In this document: positions 60,088-64,000 of the stretch, piece after piece | Layout: each line of letters begins with the position of its first letter | Position numbering within the stretch: the first letter of the stretch is position 1 | NCBI GenBank assembly: GCA_041725955.1 | Contig: JBGRQE010000010.1 | Span: forward strand, 2,376 to 66,375 | DNA from: Bacteroidales bacterium | GTDB taxonomy: Bacteria > Bacteroidota > Bacteroidia > Bacteroidales > JBGRPZ01 | Direction of reading: 5' to 3' | DNA: 64,000 nt | Translations under genes and position numbers: made by a program | The notes under the pieces: generated by a model | What the model saw: only the letters and a program-made list of their open reading frames with translations | Databases searched by the model: none | Told to the model about the DNA's origin: nothing

Positions 60088-61539
60088 ATGAAATCAAGGC
60101 AAGCATTTAATTTAGAATTCGATATAGTAGGGCATTGTAATTTACAATGCTCTTACTGTTATTTGAATATGGGAGAGGAACAAGATTTGGATGAATCTAG
60201 TTTCTTGACTGAAGAGCGTTTTGATACTTTTTACAATACCTTTTTTAAAGATGTTGATCAGGAAGTAGATCTGAATGTTTCATTTTGGGGTGGAGAGCCT
60301 TTAATGAATTTCCCAATCATTGAATATATTGTTCATCGGTTAAAGGTCTCTTCAAAGGTAAATCGAACCGTATTTGTTATAATAACTAATGGAACATTAG
60401 TTACTCCCGATATTGCGAAGTTTTGTGCAAGGCATGGAGTGTTTTTGCAAGTAACTCTTGATGGAGACAGAAAAAGTCATGATATTCAGCGGAGAACTAA
60501 AAACGATAAGGGGACCTTTGATGCGATTCTTAAGAATATTGAAATTTTAAAGGAATACAAAGCCCCTTATTCTTTAAAAACTACTTTAACAGCGTTGACT
60601 CCATTACCGTCTAAAATTATTGAAGAATATGAGGCCTTAGGATTGACTCCAATAATTCAAGAAAATATGCGAGGAACATTACATCCCGGTTATGGATTTA
60701 ATTTGGTTACTCCTGTTTCTGATTTTGATAAAAGAATCTTGGAGTCCTTTAATCCAGAACTTCTTGCCGAGGATCTGTTTAATTGTTTTTTAGAGGATTC
60801 ACATTCAGATAAGCTGTATTATCACAGTAATATTTATAGTGTAATACAATTGTTTTTTTCTTCTTATCCACGGTCTTCTTGTGGAATAGGTGACAGATAT
60901 CTCACTATTAAATACGATGGGAGTATTTATCCCTGTCATCGCTTTGTTAGTAAAAAAGAATTTGTTATTGGAGATATAAAACATGGTGTTAAGTATCCTT
61001 TTGAAAAGAAAAAGAATGTTGAATGTGAAAAATGCGATTACTTTTTTTTCTGTGGAGGAACTTGTCAGCATAAAATGGCTCTATTTGGGAATGATTATAT
61101 AGATCATAAAAATTGTAGCTTTAATATTCGATTACTGGAGTTGGTTTTTGATTATTTAATCAAAGAGTTCTTTGAAAATCAAGAGTTGTTTCTTGAAAGA
61201 TATGAGAGCTTAATTCCTAGTGATAAAAAGTTTAATCTATGTCAGATTACCAAATCTACAGAATCAGATTTAGATCCTCTTTGTAAGTTAGAAATAAATA
61301 AATTGGCATCTGTATTGCAATTAGAATCAGGTGGTATTATTTATTTAAAGCAGAAGAAGTGGAATAAACATATTTTGAATCAAACAGCTATATTGATTTG
61401 GGATATGATTCCAGTTTATAAAACCCCTCAGCGAATAGCTCAAGAAATATCTCAATCGTGCGATTTGCTTTATAGTGATGTTTTTAAGGATGTCTCTTGT
61501 CAATTAAATAGTTTTAAGGAATCTGGTTTTCTGAATTAA
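60088..61539 (+). CDS. Radical SAM/SPASM peptide maturase with a C-terminal PqqD/RRE-like domain
   Basis: C17-x3-C21-x2-C24, WGGEPLMN, TLDG. SPASM: SCGIG...GSIYPC...CEKCDYFFFCGGTC...KNC (7 Cys). C-terminal LNQTAILIWDMI...IAQEIS...DV..QLNSFKESGFL. Confidence 0.9.
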   Translation: MKSRQAFNLEFDIVGHCNLQCSYCYLNMGEEQDLDESSFLTEERFDTFYNTFFKDVDQEVDLNVSFWGGEPLMNFPIIEYIVHRLKVSSKVNRTVFVIITNGTLVTPDIAKFCARHGVFLQVTLDGDRKSHDIQRRTKNDKGTFDAILKNIEILKEYKAPYSLKTTLTALTPLPSKIIEEYEALGLTPIIQENMRGTLHPGYGFNLVTPVSDFDKRILESFNPELLAEDLFNCFLEDSHSDKLYYHSNIYSVIQLFFSSYPRSSCGIGDRYLTIKYDGSIYPCHRFVSKKEFVIGDIKHGVKYPFEKKKNVECEKCDYFFFCGGTCQHKMALFGNDYIDHKNCSFNIRLLELVFDYLIKEFFENQELFLERYESLIPSDKKFNLCQITKSTESDLDPLCKLEINKLASVLQLESGGIIYLKQKKWNKHILNQTAILIWDMIPVYKTPQRIAQEISQSCDLLYSDVFKDVSCQLNSFKESGFLN

Positions 61540-61824
61540 GTGTTTATAGAAATGGGAATAGAAAAAGTTAAATTATGTCGTCTATCTTCTGTCAAGATGG
61601 TTGAGTTGGATGATGAAATTATCTTGAGTCATCAGGAAAAGAATTATGTGTTAAACGCATCAGGAGTGGAAATATGGGAAATGCTTAAACAGCCCATAAC
61701 AACAAAGGAGATTATAGAAAGAGTTGCTGAAACTTATAATGTTCAATTATCTTTAATTGAGAGTGATGTCATTGAACTTTTGGAAAGTTTTGTAATTAAA
61801 GGATTAATTGAAAAGCAAGCATGA
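61540..61824 (+). CDS. PqqD family RiPP recognition element (stand-alone)
   Basis: VELDDEIIL...YVLNASGVEIWEML...IIERVAETYNV...DVIELLESFVIKGLI. Confidence 0.9.
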   Translation: MFIEMGIEKVKLCRLSSVKMVELDDEIILSHQEKNYVLNASGVEIWEMLKQPITTKEIIERVAETYNVQLSLIESDVIELLESFVIKGLIEKQA

Positions 61825-62657
61825 CTATATGTAGTTATTATTCAATTTGTGGAACACCAATTAAGTTGCAAAGTCCATTACAAGAAATTAATACTTTTTG
61901 CGATTTTATGCTGTATGCTTTTAAAGAAGAAAATTTATCTGAAAGTGAGTGTACCCTTGTTTCTGTAGAAAGAAATTTATATTACTCAGACTATTATGAC
62001 ATTTATAAAAACGGTCAAATAGCTTTTGATTTTGGAATGAAGATGAAGGGAGTACATTATTCTGTTATGTCAAAAGCATTGGAAAATATAGTGTCAGGAC
62101 ATGCAATTAACCAAATAGATAAAAAGGAATTAATCTCCTTGCATTCTGGTGCAATATCTAAAAATAATAAGGGTATATTAATTCTTGGAGAAAGTGGAGA
62201 TGGAAAATCTACTTTCACTCTTGAAATGGTAGCTCAGCATAACTATGAGTATTTGTCTGATGAGATTGGTTTACTTGACAAGGAGTTATTTTTACATCCT
62301 TTTATAAAAACAGTTTCTTTTAAACCAGGTATTGTAAAGTTGAATGATTCATGGATTTGTAAACGGTTTGCAAATGAGTTTCAGGTAAAAGTACCAGAAA
62401 AATTATACGGACAAAAAGTTCCTTTGAAAGCTATATTTACTGTTAAATATAATCCGGATAATCAGACCTCAATTCAACCAATGCAAAAAAAAGACATGTT
62501 AAAACGCTTGTTTAATGCACAAATAGGACGGGAAAGATATATTGCTGAGGTAGGCCAAATTGCAGATATTGTTAAAAGAGTGCCTGTTTATAGGATTGAA
62601 CATAATTCAGCTTCAGAAGCAGCTAAAGCAGTCGACAATCTTTTGTTTGGAATTTAA
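61821..62657 (+). CDS. HPr kinase-like P-loop kinase
   Basis: LHSGAI...GILILGESGDGKST...YLSDE. 4-nt ATGA overlap with pqqD. Confidence 0.8.
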   Translation: MTICSYYSICGTPIKLQSPLQEINTFCDFMLYAFKEENLSESECTLVSVERNLYYSDYYDIYKNGQIAFDFGMKMKGVHYSVMSKALENIVSGHAINQIDKKELISLHSGAISKNNKGILILGESGDGKSTFTLEMVAQHNYEYLSDEIGLLDKELFLHPFIKTVSFKPGIVKLNDSWICKRFANEFQVKVPEKLYGQKVPLKAIFTVKYNPDNQTSIQPMQKKDMLKRLFNAQIGRERYIAEVGQIADIVKRVPVYRIEHNSASEAAKAVDNLLFGI

Positions 62658-62738
62658 TAATTAAGTGGTTTAAAATTATATTAACTTAATTCCTTGTTGT
62701 TTAGGAATGAAGGATTGCATATTTAAGTAAAATTAAAA

Positions 62739-63683
62739 TTGCTTTATATGCAAGTTGAAGATTTTTTATCCTTTCAATTATTTTATTCTGAATTTTTAAG
62801 ATCTCCTTTAACTTTCTCCAAAATTTTGTTTACCGACGGGAGTATTAAGTATATGCCCTTTGTGAAAAGATTGGATGCTTACATAAGTTTGCCTTTTGTT
62901 TCATATACTGGTGTTTTAGATCGGGTTTCAAATCGTTTTTTACGAGGGCCAGATTTCGTTGAACAAAACGGAAACTTAATTTGTGAAGACCCAAAGATTA
63001 TATGGGAAATTAGAGGGTTTCGCTCTTATTCTAATCATATTTTAGATGCAAAGGTTTTGCAGGTCATTAATCTAAAGAAAAATAAAGAATGTAAAAGTTT
63101 CCAAATTGGGCAACATACAAAACGAAAAATTAAGAAAGCTCAGCAAAAACAGCAATATGTTTATATGTTGAATAATGGGCGATGTGATGTTTTTATTGAT
63201 TTGTATCAGCGGTTTTGTCTAAAAAAGGGAATACCATCTTTTTCAAGAAACTTCTTTCAGTTATTAATTGATTTTTTTCCGTCGAGAGTATCCATTTTTA
63301 TAGTTGAAAAAAATGGAGAGCCTATTGCTTCCGCGTGGCTTTTTAAGGATAAGCGTTATGCTGAGGTTACTTGGATTTGTGGTGTGGACGGATATAAAAC
63401 CCATTATTCTCATTTCTTACTGATTTATGAGATTATGCAATATTGCAAAAATGAATCTATTGATTTTCTTTCTTTAGGTCGGAGTGATTATAATAGTGGA
63501 ATTTATGGGTTTAAGAATTTGTGGAAAACTGTAAATATTCCTTTAATATTTAGTTATTCGAAACCTTGTGTTAACGTATGGAATTTAAAAGAATCTTGTT
63601 CATGGGTTATGAAGAATACAGCAAAAGTTTCGCCAACTTTGACTTTAAAAATGGGAGATTTTATTACAAAAAAAGTTTTCTAA
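62739..63683 (+). CDS. FemAB-like GNAT-fold transferase (resembles the PEP-CTERM/EPS-associated FemAB type)
   Basis: ISLPFVSYTG, EIRG, RNFFQLL, HFLLIYEIMQYC, LSLGRS..NSGIYGFKNLW. Confidence 0.72.
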   Translation: MLYMQVEDFLSFQLFYSEFLRSPLTFSKILFTDGSIKYMPFVKRLDAYISLPFVSYTGVLDRVSNRFLRGPDFVEQNGNLICEDPKIIWEIRGFRSYSNHILDAKVLQVINLKKNKECKSFQIGQHTKRKIKKAQQKQQYVYMLNNGRCDVFIDLYQRFCLKKGIPSFSRNFFQLLIDFFPSRVSIFIVEKNGEPIASAWLFKDKRYAEVTWICGVDGYKTHYSHFLLIYEIMQYCKNESIDFLSLGRSDYNSGIYGFKNLWKTVNIPLIFSYSKPCVNVWNLKESCSWVMKNTAKVSPTLTLKMGDFITKKVF

Positions 63684-63883
63684 ATTCTTATATTCCTATT
63701 TTTTTGGACTTTTAGGGCTTATCTTTGAATCAATTAATAATTTTGGTTTTACAACCAATCCTAAGAAACAGAAATGAGTAAAACGCCACGCCTCATTTTT
63801 GTTTCTTTTTCTTTTTTTTGGATGTAGTTTTTTATTGGAGTAATTTCGCGCACCATTAATTTAATCTATTCCAGCATTTTGTT

Positions 63884-64000
63884 ATGTTACAAAAAACAAA
63901 TTTACTAGAGACTGTTTTTAGGGGTTTTTTCTTATTATCAGTGCTTTTCACAACTATGCCACTGCTTAAAGGATTGGTTCCTCCTATTTTTATTTTTATG
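63884..64000 (+). CDS. Probable N-terminus of a membrane protein truncated by the window end
   Basis: Manual translation MLQKTNLLETVFRGFFLLSVLFTTMPLLKGLVPPIFIFM..., open to base 64000 and hydrophobic. Confidence 0.4.
   Translation, partial: MLQKTNLLETVFRGFFLLSVLFTTMPLLKGLVPPIFIFM

Noticed and set aside
63774-63827. 17-aa ORF MSKTPRLIFVSFSFFWM after the FemAB-like gene
   Set aside because: Short, derived from T-tracts and without precursor-like features.

Overview
AT-rich chromosomal window from a Bacteroidota bacterium, probably class Bacteroidia. Support: TAnnTTTG -7 promoter boxes, T9SS C-terminal sorting domains, BACON domains, S46 DPP7, Bacteroides-type tnaA and exbB/exbD cluster. Most of it is housekeeping or proteolytic metabolism: hrpB (partial), a GntR/YtrA-type ABC operon, purF, spmAB, tsaB, TolC/adaptor, M1 aminopeptidase, an RprXY-like two-component system, pgi, prfB with the classical +1 frameshift, recX, exbBD, ansA, tatD, cobB, tnaA, manC, dut operon, DPP7 and an M49 peptidase. 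No rRNA, tRNA, CRISPR array or transposase was found. Four things stand out. (1) At 59.9-63.7 kb, a compact RiPP-like locus: a 60-aa precursor with a YxxPxL motif and a Cys/Ser/Trp core, a radical SAM/SPASM enzyme with a C-terminal RRE, a stand-alone PqqD, an HPr-kinase-like kinase and a FemAB-like GNAT; it may continue past the window end. (2) A 1104-aa protein made of two complete carboxyltransferase (OadA/PycB-type) domains in tandem with no biotin carrier. (3) A 39-aa ORF missing from the ORF track (46739-46858, minus) with a Bacteroidota lanthipeptide-like leader. (4) A two-lipoprotein islet flanked by a 182-bp direct repeat whose second copy is a decayed gene start. All family assignments come from motif recognition by eye; no database search was run.
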